Origin: Candidatus Kaiserbacteria bacterium RIFOXYD1_FULL_42_15
GTDB lineage: Bacteria > Patescibacteriota > Minisyncoccia > Phycocordibacterales > UBA918
DNA length: 32,145 nucleotides
Assembly: GCA_001783565.1 (NCBI GenBank)
Contig: MFMT01000042.1
Coordinates: forward strand, 29,408-61,552
Reading direction: 5' to 3'
The stretch's first letter is position 1. The number at the start of each line of letters is the position of its first letter. Below are positions 9,752 to 17,468 of this stretch, in pieces. The notes under the pieces were generated by a model. That model had not been told where the DNA came from and did not search any database. It was given only the letters and a program-made list of their open reading frames with translations. Made by a program: the position numbers and the translations under genes.

Positions 9752-9824
9752 GCGCCCTTAGCTCAGTTGGTAGAGCAGCTCCCTCTTAAGGAGACGGTCC
9801 AAGGTTCGAATCCTTGAGGGCGCA
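9752..9824 (+). tRNA. tRNA-Lys(CTT)
   Basis: Acceptor GCGCCCT/AGGGCGC, D arm GCTC-AGTTGGTA-GAGC, anticodon loop CTCTTAA, T arm CAAGG-TTCGAAT-CCTTG. Confidence 0.95.
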
Positions 9825-10107
9825 CAAAGGTAAAGCAAAAACACTATCATAATATGATAGTGTTTTTGTTTTAAAAACTGAACTGCTTCAGTTTTGTGCC
9901 TGTGTGCGAGACGGAGCGATGTTTTTCTGCCCCCTTAGGCAGGAAAATAAGTGAGTCGGGGTAGCGAGTGCTTAGTAAAATAAAGACAAAGTATTTATTT
10001 TGGTTAGCAACTCGTGACCACACAGATACATCTATGTGCTATACATGACATGATTTTGTGACTAAATGATAATGTGTTACACTCTGTCCACACGATTTTG
10101 TGTATCC

Positions 10108-10189
10108 GCGCGAGTGGCGTAATTGGTAGCCGCGTTAGTCTTAGGAACTAATGGAGCAATCCGTGGAGGTTCAAGTCCTCTCTCGCGCA
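10108..10189 (+). tRNA. tRNA-Leu(TAG)
   Basis: Acceptor GCGCGAG/CTCGCGC, anticodon arm TTAGT-CTTAGGA-ACTAA, variable arm, T arm GGAGG-TTCAAGT-CCTCT. Confidence 0.95.
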
Positions 10190-10339
10190 CAAAAGAAAAA
10201 CCGTCCCGCAAGGGCGGTTTTTTGACTGCGCGAGAAGTAGTGTGTGGGACACACTACGGGAGGACTTGAAGAGGTTGCCAGCTCTTTTGAAAAAAGAGCG
10301 ACAACCTGTACTGAACTCGTAGAGTTCAAGTCCTCTCTC
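10190..10339 (+). repeat. Terminator-like hairpin, then tRNA-Leu(TAG) 3'-end inverted copy, module and direct copy
   Basis: Hairpin 10196-10223; inverted copy 10227-10270; direct copy GTTCAAGTCCTCTCTC 10324-10339. Confidence 0.9.
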
Positions 10340-10362
10340 CACATTTCCTATATAATAAACAA

Positions 10363-10785
10363 ATGGCTCAACAAAATACCCAATTTGATTTCGGTGATGG
10401 AAAGCAACCAACTTCCTCATTCACCCTCTATGAATACATCATTAGTGACCGCGGTAGCCGGTATTCAGCCAGTATTGGTTTTGTCACCGGGCGAGAAGAT
10501 ATAAAAAATTTTCTATCCAAACTAAAGACACTAAAAAAATACGCTAGAGCAGATCATCACAGCTGGGCAGCTCGTCTTTCACATGAGGGTACCATTTACG
10601 AAACCAAAAGTGACGATGGTGAGACTGGTGCCGGCATGGTCATACTCCGGATTATGCAAAAAAGGAACGTCACCAACTGCATCATCTCTGTCACTCGCTG
10701 GTTCGGTGGCATTAAATTAGAAGGAGACCGTTTCAAGCATATTCAAGACGCCACCATCTACGCCATTGACCACCTTGATCAATAG
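10363..10785 (+). CDS. YigZ/IMPACT (UPF0029) family protein
   Basis: 'DRGSRY', 'ADHHSWAAR', 'SDDGETGAG', 'VTRWFGGIKL..DRFKHI'. Confidence 0.88.
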   Translation: MAQQNTQFDFGDGKQPTSSFTLYEYIISDRGSRYSASIGFVTGREDIKNFLSKLKTLKKYARADHHSWAARLSHEGTIYETKSDDGETGAGMVILRIMQKRNVTNCIISVTRWFGGIKLEGDRFKHIQDATIYAIDHLDQ

Positions 10786-10817
10786 ATTTATATCGCGATT
10801 AATCGCGATATAAATCT
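10784..10817. repeat. Perfect 34-bp palindrome overlapping the YigZ-family stop codon
   Basis: AGATTTATATCGCGATT|AATCGCGATATAAATCT. Confidence 0.9.
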
Positions 10818-10849
10818 TGATTCGTTGTTGTCACTTTTTTACAACACCA

Positions 10850-11004
10850 CGTCTTTGCGAGTGAGAAAGTCCAGTGGACTTTCGCAAGACCTTGCCAGCT
10901 CTTTTGTAAAAAGAGCGACAAGGTGTACAGTCCCTGTTAAGGGAAAGCGCGGCAATCCACGTCCATCATCGTGTTCGTCTTCGCGAGTCGCAACGTGGCG
11001 ATCC
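10850..11004 (+). repeat. Two CGTC-type arms, the first carrying an inserted three-hairpin module
   Basis: CGTCTTTGCGAG-[10862-10942]-GAAAGCGCGGCAATCC, then CGTCTTCGCGAGTCGCAACGTGGCGATCC. Confidence 0.85.
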
Positions 11005-11088
11005 ACTTCTTCACCTAAACCACAGCCGAGCGAAATCATAAATTGCTAAAATACCCTACAAAATAAGCCCAGAATACCGTCCTAAAAC

Positions 11089-11117
11089 TTGACTTCTGTC
11101 GTGATTTGTGCTAATAT
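11089..11117 (+). promoter_or_regulatory. Sigma70-type promoter
   Basis: TTGACT, 17 bp, TAATAT with extended TG; overlapping TATAAT at 11115-11120. Confidence 0.6.
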
Positions 11118-11263
11118 AATAGATGGAATGGGCGGGTTGTACCCCACTTCTCCGTAGTCACACGAAAACGTGATGATTACCAGCAAGTTGGGCATCCCGC
11201 TCATAAATGAAACAGTCCGCGGGTGAGAAGCACATGCTTCCCCGCTTTGACATGGAGAGAAAA

Positions 11264-12424
11264 ATGAAACGTGTAATCATTCTGGTGTTGATTCTGGCAT
11301 CTTTCTATATCATCCCGAAGTTCTATATCATCCCGAAGGCAGTAGGGTTTGTGTTGGCATTCACCTTGGGACTCGCTGCTTCTGCAGCAATTCTTTTGGG
11401 TATCGGTGCGTATGCTTCGTTACTATTCAAGAACGTACTCACCCACAACCCAGACAAACCGCACTACTGGCAACTTTTCGTAAAGGTTGACAAAAACCGG
11501 GCAGTTGCCATCAGCCGCGGAGATAGAGAGATTAGGGTTTTGTTTGGAAACCAACCACCCCTACCCTCTGACGCCCTCTGGGGTTTTTGGATGAAGTACA
11601 AGAAGATGGTCATGGAAAAACTTGGTCTCCATGTGATTTTCCCGTACTTCTGGGAACCAAAAACTATCCCTCTTCCTAGGTACAAGATTGACGAGGTCGA
11701 CGGAAAGATAAACTACCGAACCATCAAGAATGGGGAGGAGGGATTCTTTACGAATCACGTTCGTGTCGCCGACGAGGGGACTCCCTGGTACTACATTATA
11801 TCCGGGGCAGACGTCCAGACTATACCAGTGACGACAAAGGAGGTCGTTACCTACCGCATCAAGAAAGACGAACTAAGCGTAATTACTTCGCTCTATGGTG
11901 CTGAAACCTGGAATGTCGTATTGAGCAACGCCATCGGGTCGATGACCAGAAAGGTCCTCAGTCGAGATGCCACGATCGACATGATCGTGGGGTCGATTGG
12001 AAACGAGGTGTGGCCCGTAACTGTCAAGACTTCTTCTTCACAGGATACTGTCTACAGTGCTTTGGCGCAGCAAATTGAGCTTGAGCTCCAGCGCTATAAG
12101 CTCAAGAATGGCAAGAAACTTGCAGACATGGGGATCGAAATCCTCAAAGTGGACATTCTTGACTTCGAGCCCGAACTTACACCAGAAGAAAAACTGAAGC
12201 TCCACTCTGCCGTCCTGGCCATCCAAAATGCCAGGAAGACTGTCATCGAAGGCACGGCTACTGCCAACGCCCAAAAGGCACTGAAAGATGTCCACGCCCT
12301 CGGTGGCGGCGCTTCACCAGAAATCATCATGGCCGATGTCATGAAGAAATTTGCTGACGGAAAGGGTGGGGTGCTTGATCTCATTCTCACCGGCCTCGCA
12401 GCAAACCAACTTAAGGGGAAATAA
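11264..12424 (+). CDS. Membrane protein with probable SPFH/band-7-like domain
   Basis: N-terminal TM helices; 'VTYRI', 'LADMGIEILKVDILDFE' and Ala-rich coiled coil as in SPFH proteins; GGAG SD before ATG 11264. Confidence 0.6.
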   Translation: MKRVIILVLILASFYIIPKFYIIPKAVGFVLAFTLGLAASAAILLGIGAYASLLFKNVLTHNPDKPHYWQLFVKVDKNRAVAISRGDREIRVLFGNQPPLPSDALWGFWMKYKKMVMEKLGLHVIFPYFWEPKTIPLPRYKIDEVDGKINYRTIKNGEEGFFTNHVRVADEGTPWYYIISGADVQTIPVTTKEVVTYRIKKDELSVITSLYGAETWNVVLSNAIGSMTRKVLSRDATIDMIVGSIGNEVWPVTVKTSSSQDTVYSALAQQIELELQRYKLKNGKKLADMGIEILKVDILDFEPELTPEEKLKLHSAVLAIQNARKTVIEGTATANAQKALKDVHALGGGASPEIIMADVMKKFADGKGGVLDLILTGLAANQLKGK

Positions 12425-12425
12425 G

Positions 12426-13226
12426 ATGATGTATCTGTATGCGGTGCTGGCAGGGTTTGCTTCCCTGCTGGTATTGACACCGTCTGTTCTTCTTCTCCTT
12501 TGGTTTTCTTACAAGGTAAAGTCCAAAAGAGCACCCACCCCAGTACCTGTTGGTGTGGCCGGGGCAAGTACGACCACAACCACAACAACACCCGTACCGG
12601 CCAGAAAGGTGTCGACGTGGGTGAAGGCGCTGCTGGCGACAGTGCTGATGATTATATTGTTCTTTTGGGGCGGAGAAATTCTTTCCGCCCTGAAGGGCTG
12701 GGATTGGTCAACCACCAGCACTGGCAAATTCATCGAAGACAACGCCGGCTCCGGCTGGTCAAATCTTCTGTGGCTCTTTCTACTGGTGCCGCTCTACTTT
12801 CTTGTCGGACTTCCCAAAGGTCTGGCGAAGAATGCGGGGACGGTACTGAGCTGGGGAGTGGCCATCATTGGGATGATTGGACTGGTATGGTTCTTCACCC
12901 AAGACCCGCTACGGTGGTGGCATAACGACAATATTGTCAGGGTTGACCTCAACAGGGTCAATTCAGACACTGTGTCGATAAAACCCGACCAGACACTGAT
13001 TATTCTGGTTCGGCAAGCCACAGTCTACGGACGTGACTGCACCGGATACTTCATGCCGGCGCCGAAGTGGCGGGAGATGTATGACATGCATCAACCTGAA
13101 GATGTTCTTATATCATACACCAACCAGGGCCTGACGACCTATGTGTCCATTAAGGAACCCTACCGCACCATGCTACGCGATAGGGGGATGACTATGGACA
13201 TCTGGGTCTACAACCAAGGTTGCTAG
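12426..13226 (+). CDS. Hypothetical multi-pass membrane protein with Thr/Pro-rich linker
   Basis: About 4 hydrophobic segments, poly-Thr run, AGGGG SD overlapping the end of the upstream gene; start moved to ATG 12426. Confidence 0.7.
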   Translation: MMYLYAVLAGFASLLVLTPSVLLLLWFSYKVKSKRAPTPVPVGVAGASTTTTTTTPVPARKVSTWVKALLATVLMIILFFWGGEILSALKGWDWSTTSTGKFIEDNAGSGWSNLLWLFLLVPLYFLVGLPKGLAKNAGTVLSWGVAIIGMIGLVWFFTQDPLRWWHNDNIVRVDLNRVNSDTVSIKPDQTLIILVRQATVYGRDCTGYFMPAPKWREMYDMHQPEDVLISYTNQGLTTYVSIKEPYRTMLRDRGMTMDIWVYNQGC

Positions 13227-13259
13227 TCCCTTCGGTGGCCCGACACAGGACCACCAACA

Positions 13260-13298
13260 CCCCCGGCGGCGCGCAAGCGTTCGGCGGGGGTTTATTTT
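13260..13298 (+). terminator. Intrinsic terminator
   Basis: GC-rich imperfect stem with GCAA loop followed by TTTATTTTT. Confidence 0.7.
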
Positions 13299-13383
13299 TA
13301 TAAAATATGATTCAGAATTTAGCCAGGTTTAACCAAATTAAGGAGATTGCCATAAAGTTTATCACGGGATTAATAATCTCTTT

Positions 13384-13782
13384 CTACTGTGGTCCAGATA
13401 CAGGTGTGGTATATGTTGGGGCGGTAGCCGGAAGTTCAAAAACTCGGTTATTACAACCAGAAGCTGTTGGGTCTTTAGCACAATCTAGGGTGTCCTTCAA
13501 ACCAAAGGTGTTAGCGGCCACGGATAAAATGGCAAAAGCAGTTAGCATCACCAGTAAGCCGATAATGCCCCACATAATATGTTTTTGACCATCGGCACGC
13601 CCAGTCGGATCATTTGAATTAGCAATGTATTGAAAACTGCCGTACATAAAAACTAGTACCGCTACCGCCGTCAGAAGGATGATTAAGGGATAAAGAATAA
13701 CTTCATTGAATTTGGCGACAAAGCTGGTAGCTTCGGTAACACCTGGTACTGACTCAACGGCATAAGCAATATTTGAAAACAT
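13384..13782 (-). CDS. Small membrane 'pilin' (TrbC/VirB2-like CPR family)
   Basis: Two TM helices around 'GSFQYIANSNDPTGRADGQKHIMWGIIGL'. Confidence 0.75.
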   Translation of the reverse strand: MFSNIAYAVESVPGVTEATSFVAKFNEVILYPLIILLTAVAVLVFMYGSFQYIANSNDPTGRADGQKHIMWGIIGLLVMLTAFAILSVAANTFGLKDTLDCAKDPTASGCNNRVFELPATAPTYTTPVSGPQ

Positions 13783-13873
13783 ATGGCTAAATTATAGCAT
13801 CACAACAATCAAAAAACCGCACTGAAGGTGCGGGTTTTTGTCGGTAAAGTATTACCACTATCATCTAAGCAAA

Positions 13874-14257
13874 TTATGGAGTAGGTAAACCGGGTATAGT
13901 TGGTACAGTCGTTTGATCACCACCGATTGAGCCGGTAAGAAAGTTAACGATTCCCCATAAACTAAAAATCAATGCAAAACCGATAATCGAATAGATAATT
14001 AAGTTTCTACCTTCTTTTCTTTTCTCAGGGTCGTCACCGCCAACAATAAACATTTTGAAAATACCCCAAACAAACATCAGAAATCCTGCTGCCAGTAGTA
14101 GGGGCAATAAATAGTTTTTAATGAAAGTAGTGGTTCCAGAAAATGGAGCACCTAACAAGGTAGGATTATTTTCCAAAAGCCCAGCTGCACTAACGGTGGA
14201 TGCACCTGCAATCAATAAAAACATGGCTGAAAAAATAAAGAAATAGACGTTTTTCAT
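13874..14257 (-). CDS. Small membrane 'pilin' (TrbC/VirB2-like CPR family)
   Basis: Signal peptide plus 'WGIFKMFIVGGDDPEKRKEGRNLIIYSIIG'. Confidence 0.8.
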   Translation of the reverse strand: MKNVYFFIFSAMFLLIAGASTVSAAGLLENNPTLLGAPFSGTTTFIKNYLLPLLLAAGFLMFVWGIFKMFIVGGDDPEKRKEGRNLIIYSIIGFALIFSLWGIVNFLTGSIGGDQTTVPTIPGLPTP

Positions 14258-14383
14258 AAAATTAAATTGTTAATACTATTAATGAGTATTAATGGTAATT
14301 ATACATGATAATTTGGGGATTGTATGCTTTCTGGGGTGGGGTGTGTATAAAAAAGCTGGTTACAGAAATGAGTCCTGTGAAGA

Positions 14384-14638
14384 CGTGGATTGCTTCGCGC
14401 GACTCGCAAAGACGTTTCACTTTGTGTTCGTCTTCGCGAGGAGTGGAGTGGCAACGTGAAAAAGTGATTCAATATCACTTTGCAAGACTAGTTGAGCAGG
14501 TTTGTGAGTGAAACGAAACAAACTGGCCAACTAGTGGACAGTCCCTGTAAGGGAATGACGTGGCGATCCAGGGTGGCATGACGAACGATGTGGATTGCCA
14601 CGTTGCGACTCGCCTGTCTGCGCAGGCAGACAAAGACG
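14384..14638 (+). repeat. Composite CGTC-type element with a 96-bp inserted module
   Basis: Colinear and near-identical to 17268-17427 except for extra 14457-14552. Confidence 0.9.
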
Positions 14639-14657
14639 GAGGGGTTGAGACGGTGGG

Positions 14658-14924
14658 TTAAAAAATTGATGCCTTAAGAAAAGAAAGGATGCCCCAAATG
14701 CTGGCCATGATTACCATCACGATGACTGAAGTCAGTGCTATCATCTTACCCTCTTCGCGCTTGGTATCATTATCGGCATGGATAATCCAGGCATCAATAA
14801 TTTTCCACATCATCACAATGAAGGCCAGGGCAAAGATAACCACTATCAGGGAGTTGATGATGTCAACGAAAAAGACGACAAGCTCGGCGAAGGTGGTGGG
14901 CGTGACTGGTGTGGTTGGTGTCAT
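14658..14924 (-). CDS. Small membrane 'pilin'-like protein
   Basis: Two TM helices around 'HADNDTKREEGKMIAL'. Confidence 0.7.
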   Translation of the reverse strand: MTPTTPVTPTTFAELVVFFVDIINSLIVVIFALAFIVMMWKIIDAWIIHADNDTKREEGKMIALTSVIVMVIMASIWGILSFLKASIF

Positions 14925-14926
14925 AA

Positions 14927-15316
14927 CTAGAAACTTTCAACAGTTGATTGAATAATGTCACTAATGGCAACGGCGGCCAAAATCAAAACCCCACCAATAA
15001 TGGCATAAGTGAGGGCACGAGTCGCCTCCCCGACTTTGGTAGAATTACCACGAGCGGTGACGTATTTGAAACCAGCTAAAATAATAAAGAAGACGACGAC
15101 GGGTATCATCAGAATTTCCACGATATTGAGAATGGTCACCAAAAGACCTTCGATAGAACTGACATTTTTAAGAGGGTTTTCTAGGGTAACGGTGTCAATT
15201 TTACTTGTATTCGTCGGAGCAGCTTTGGTAAAAATTGGTAAAAGAAAAAGTAAACCAAGGATTAAATACAAACCGGCATTTTTTCTTATTTTCATTACTT
15301 GACAGTATTTTTTCAT
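14927..15316 (-). CDS. Small membrane 'pilin' (TrbC/VirB2-like CPR family)
   Basis: Signal peptide, 'LENPL', 'AGFKYVTARGNSTKVGEATRALTYAIIG'. Confidence 0.8.
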   Translation of the reverse strand: MKKYCQVMKIRKNAGLYLILGLLFLLPIFTKAAPTNTSKIDTVTLENPLKNVSSIEGLLVTILNIVEILMIPVVVFFIILAGFKYVTARGNSTKVGEATRALTYAIIGGVLILAAVAISDIIQSTVESF

Positions 15317-15324
15317 ATAAAGTA

Positions 15325-16626
15325 TTAATACACTTCCCTCAACCTCCCCACCGCATCATTAGCGGCTTCCCCGGGGCGGTGGCGGTTGGCGAGGACGTCC
15401 TCGACCATTTGGGTAAAGATGTCATTGGTAATGGTCGGCTTGGGACTGAGCCAACCACGCGCCACCGTGGCCGAACTGTAGATAATTCTACCATATTGGT
15501 CGTTACTACCGGTTGAGAGTGAAGAGCGATAAGTTGGTGCCATCTGCAAAGCATTAGCCAATGCCTCCACATTGGCCACACTGCCTAATTCCTGCATGAC
15601 AATCTGCGCGCCAGCACTATTACGAGATGATCGGAGAAGAGCATAGCCATAAAAGGTGCCGTAGGTTCGTCTGATGGTGGCTATAGCTCCCTGTGGTACC
15701 TCGGCCATGGCAAAATTAAGATTGGGATTTTGGGTTGCCAAACTGCTGGCTTCACTTCCTTTGCCAAAATACAGAACCAAGTCCTCACTCAAAAACTGCA
15801 GGCGGTCATTCGGCTGGGCTCGATTCCAACTATAAAGAGGGTTGCTCGGACTAGCAAAATTAGTATAGAAGGTCACGGCCGATTCAAAGGGTTGACCTGC
15901 CCCACTTCTAGATTGATTGAGATAAAGTTTGTAAGTGTCATTTTCCTCCATCACCAGCTTACTACCGCCTTGTAACAACAACATGGAAATGATCCCAAAA
16001 CCGTTGGTGACGTTGCGGTATTCACCAAAGGCCAGAGGACTGCGGATAATAGTTTTGTCAAAGTCGCGCTTAACTAAGGTCGGTACCGTTTCGTTTACCA
16101 CTGTTTCCCAAGTAGCAGGCGGAGTAATAAAATTGTAGGTGCTAAGAATATCACGATTCCAATACATCACCAGCGGATCAACTACGGCTGGAAAAGCATA
16201 GACGCCATCATTCATGGCAAAAATCTCTGTCCCATCAATGTAGCGGTTCTGAAAATCCGGTAACGGAAATTGGGTGTAGGAAAACGGCTGTATTTTTGTC
16301 CGATACTGAACTAATTGTTCATGTGATAAAAATAAAATGTCTGGACCAATTCCGTCAGCCAAGGCATTGAGTAATTCATCATCGAAGGTGCTGGGATCTT
16401 TTTGTTCATAACTAACCACACTATAAGCGGGAGTGGCTTCAACTAATGGGCGCAACATTTGCTGAAAAGCGTTTTTATCAACGGTGCCCCAAATAGTAAC
16501 TGAACTTCCCAGTGAGACAGCGGTGGTGTCGGGATTTGGTTTGTAGGTTGATAAAAGAGCCAAAGCAATCAAGCCCAAAGCACCAAAAATGGCAATCAAA
16601 GCTAATTCAAAAGGACGTAATTTCAT
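15325..16626 (-). CDS. Membrane-anchored extracellular solute-binding protein (sugar-type family)
   Basis: N-terminal TM, 'VTIWG', 'ALADGIGPDI', 'YAFPAVVDPLVMYWNRDIL', 'PPATWE'. Confidence 0.85.
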   Translation of the reverse strand: MKLRPFELALIAIFGALGLIALALLSTYKPNPDTTAVSLGSSVTIWGTVDKNAFQQMLRPLVEATPAYSVVSYEQKDPSTFDDELLNALADGIGPDILFLSHEQLVQYRTKIQPFSYTQFPLPDFQNRYIDGTEIFAMNDGVYAFPAVVDPLVMYWNRDILSTYNFITPPATWETVVNETVPTLVKRDFDKTIIRSPLAFGEYRNVTNGFGIISMLLLQGGSKLVMEENDTYKLYLNQSRSGAGQPFESAVTFYTNFASPSNPLYSWNRAQPNDRLQFLSEDLVLYFGKGSEASSLATQNPNLNFAMAEVPQGAIATIRRTYGTFYGYALLRSSRNSAGAQIVMQELGSVANVEALANALQMAPTYRSSLSTGSNDQYGRIIYSSATVARGWLSPKPTITNDIFTQMVEDVLANRHRPGEAANDAVGRLREVY

Positions 16627-17171
16627 AATTTTCTAAAAGCTAAACCATAATGATGGTCTCCAGCTGGGTACTCACGCTCCAACATAAAACCATGTGATTC
16701 AAATAAAGCAATAGCGGCGAGTTTGGTAATCACACTGGCCGGAGCGGGGCCAAGACCAGCAAAAGATTCAGTCCAATCAATGACATGTAATACTCCTCCC
16801 TGACGCAAAGTGCGACCCATTTCAATCACAGCCGTGTCTTTATCTTCAAGCTGAAATAAGGTGTTAACTAAAATACCAGCATCCAACGAGTCATCGGCGA
16901 TTTTGATTCCACCGGCCACTTCAAGATCACACCATAAGGGATTAACATTTTGAAAGCCCTTTGAGCGGGCAAAGTTACCAAGTTTTTCTACCAATGGTCG
17001 CTGAATTTCACAAGCGAAAACTTTACCGGTCTGACCGACTGCTGAGGATAGGATAGGAATGAAGAAACCGCCACCGGCGCCAAAGTCTGCCACCTTATCA
17101 CCCTCTTCCAGTAAAAAATGTGTGCCGACCACTTCCGGCATCACAAACCGTCCCAAGGTTGGTAAATTCAT
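16623..17171 (-). CDS. Class I SAM-dependent methyltransferase
   Basis: 'VADFGAGGG' motif I, 'LRQGGVLHVIDW', 'HHYG'; start placed at ATG 17171 behind TATACT. Confidence 0.85.
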   Translation of the reverse strand: MNLPTLGRFVMPEVVGTHFLLEEGDKVADFGAGGGFFIPILSSAVGQTGKVFACEIQRPLVEKLGNFARSKGFQNVNPLWCDLEVAGGIKIADDSLDAGILVNTLFQLEDKDTAVIEMGRTLRQGGVLHVIDWTESFAGLGPAPASVITKLAAIALFESHGFMLEREYPAGDHHYGLAFRKL

Positions 17172-17267
17172 TATCAATAGTATACCGCAAGGAAGTTAAA
17201 AAAAGTGTCGGTGGGGTGTAGAGAACCTGTTTATCCTTAAGACAAACGGTTACGTAACGGACGCAAA

Positions 17268-17427
17268 CGTGGATTGCTTCGTTGCGACTCGCAAAGACGT
17301 TTCACTTTGTGTTCGTCTTCGCGAGGAGCGGAGTGGCAACGGAGTGACGTGGCGATCCAGGGTGGCATGACGAACGATTTGGATTGCCACGTTGCGACTC
17401 GCCTGTCTGCGCAGGCAGGCAAAGACG
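17268..17427 (+). repeat. Composite CGTC-type element (empty form)
   Basis: Three arms; near-identical to 14384-14638 without the insert. Confidence 0.9.
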
Positions 17428-17468
17428 AAACTTTTCCATCTTCAATCTTCTCTATTTTTGTTTTCTCT

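Noticed and set aside
9037-10504. ORFs 9037-9330, 10148-10420 and 10244-10504
   Set aside because: They are antisense to tRNAs or overlap repeats and the YigZ-family gene.
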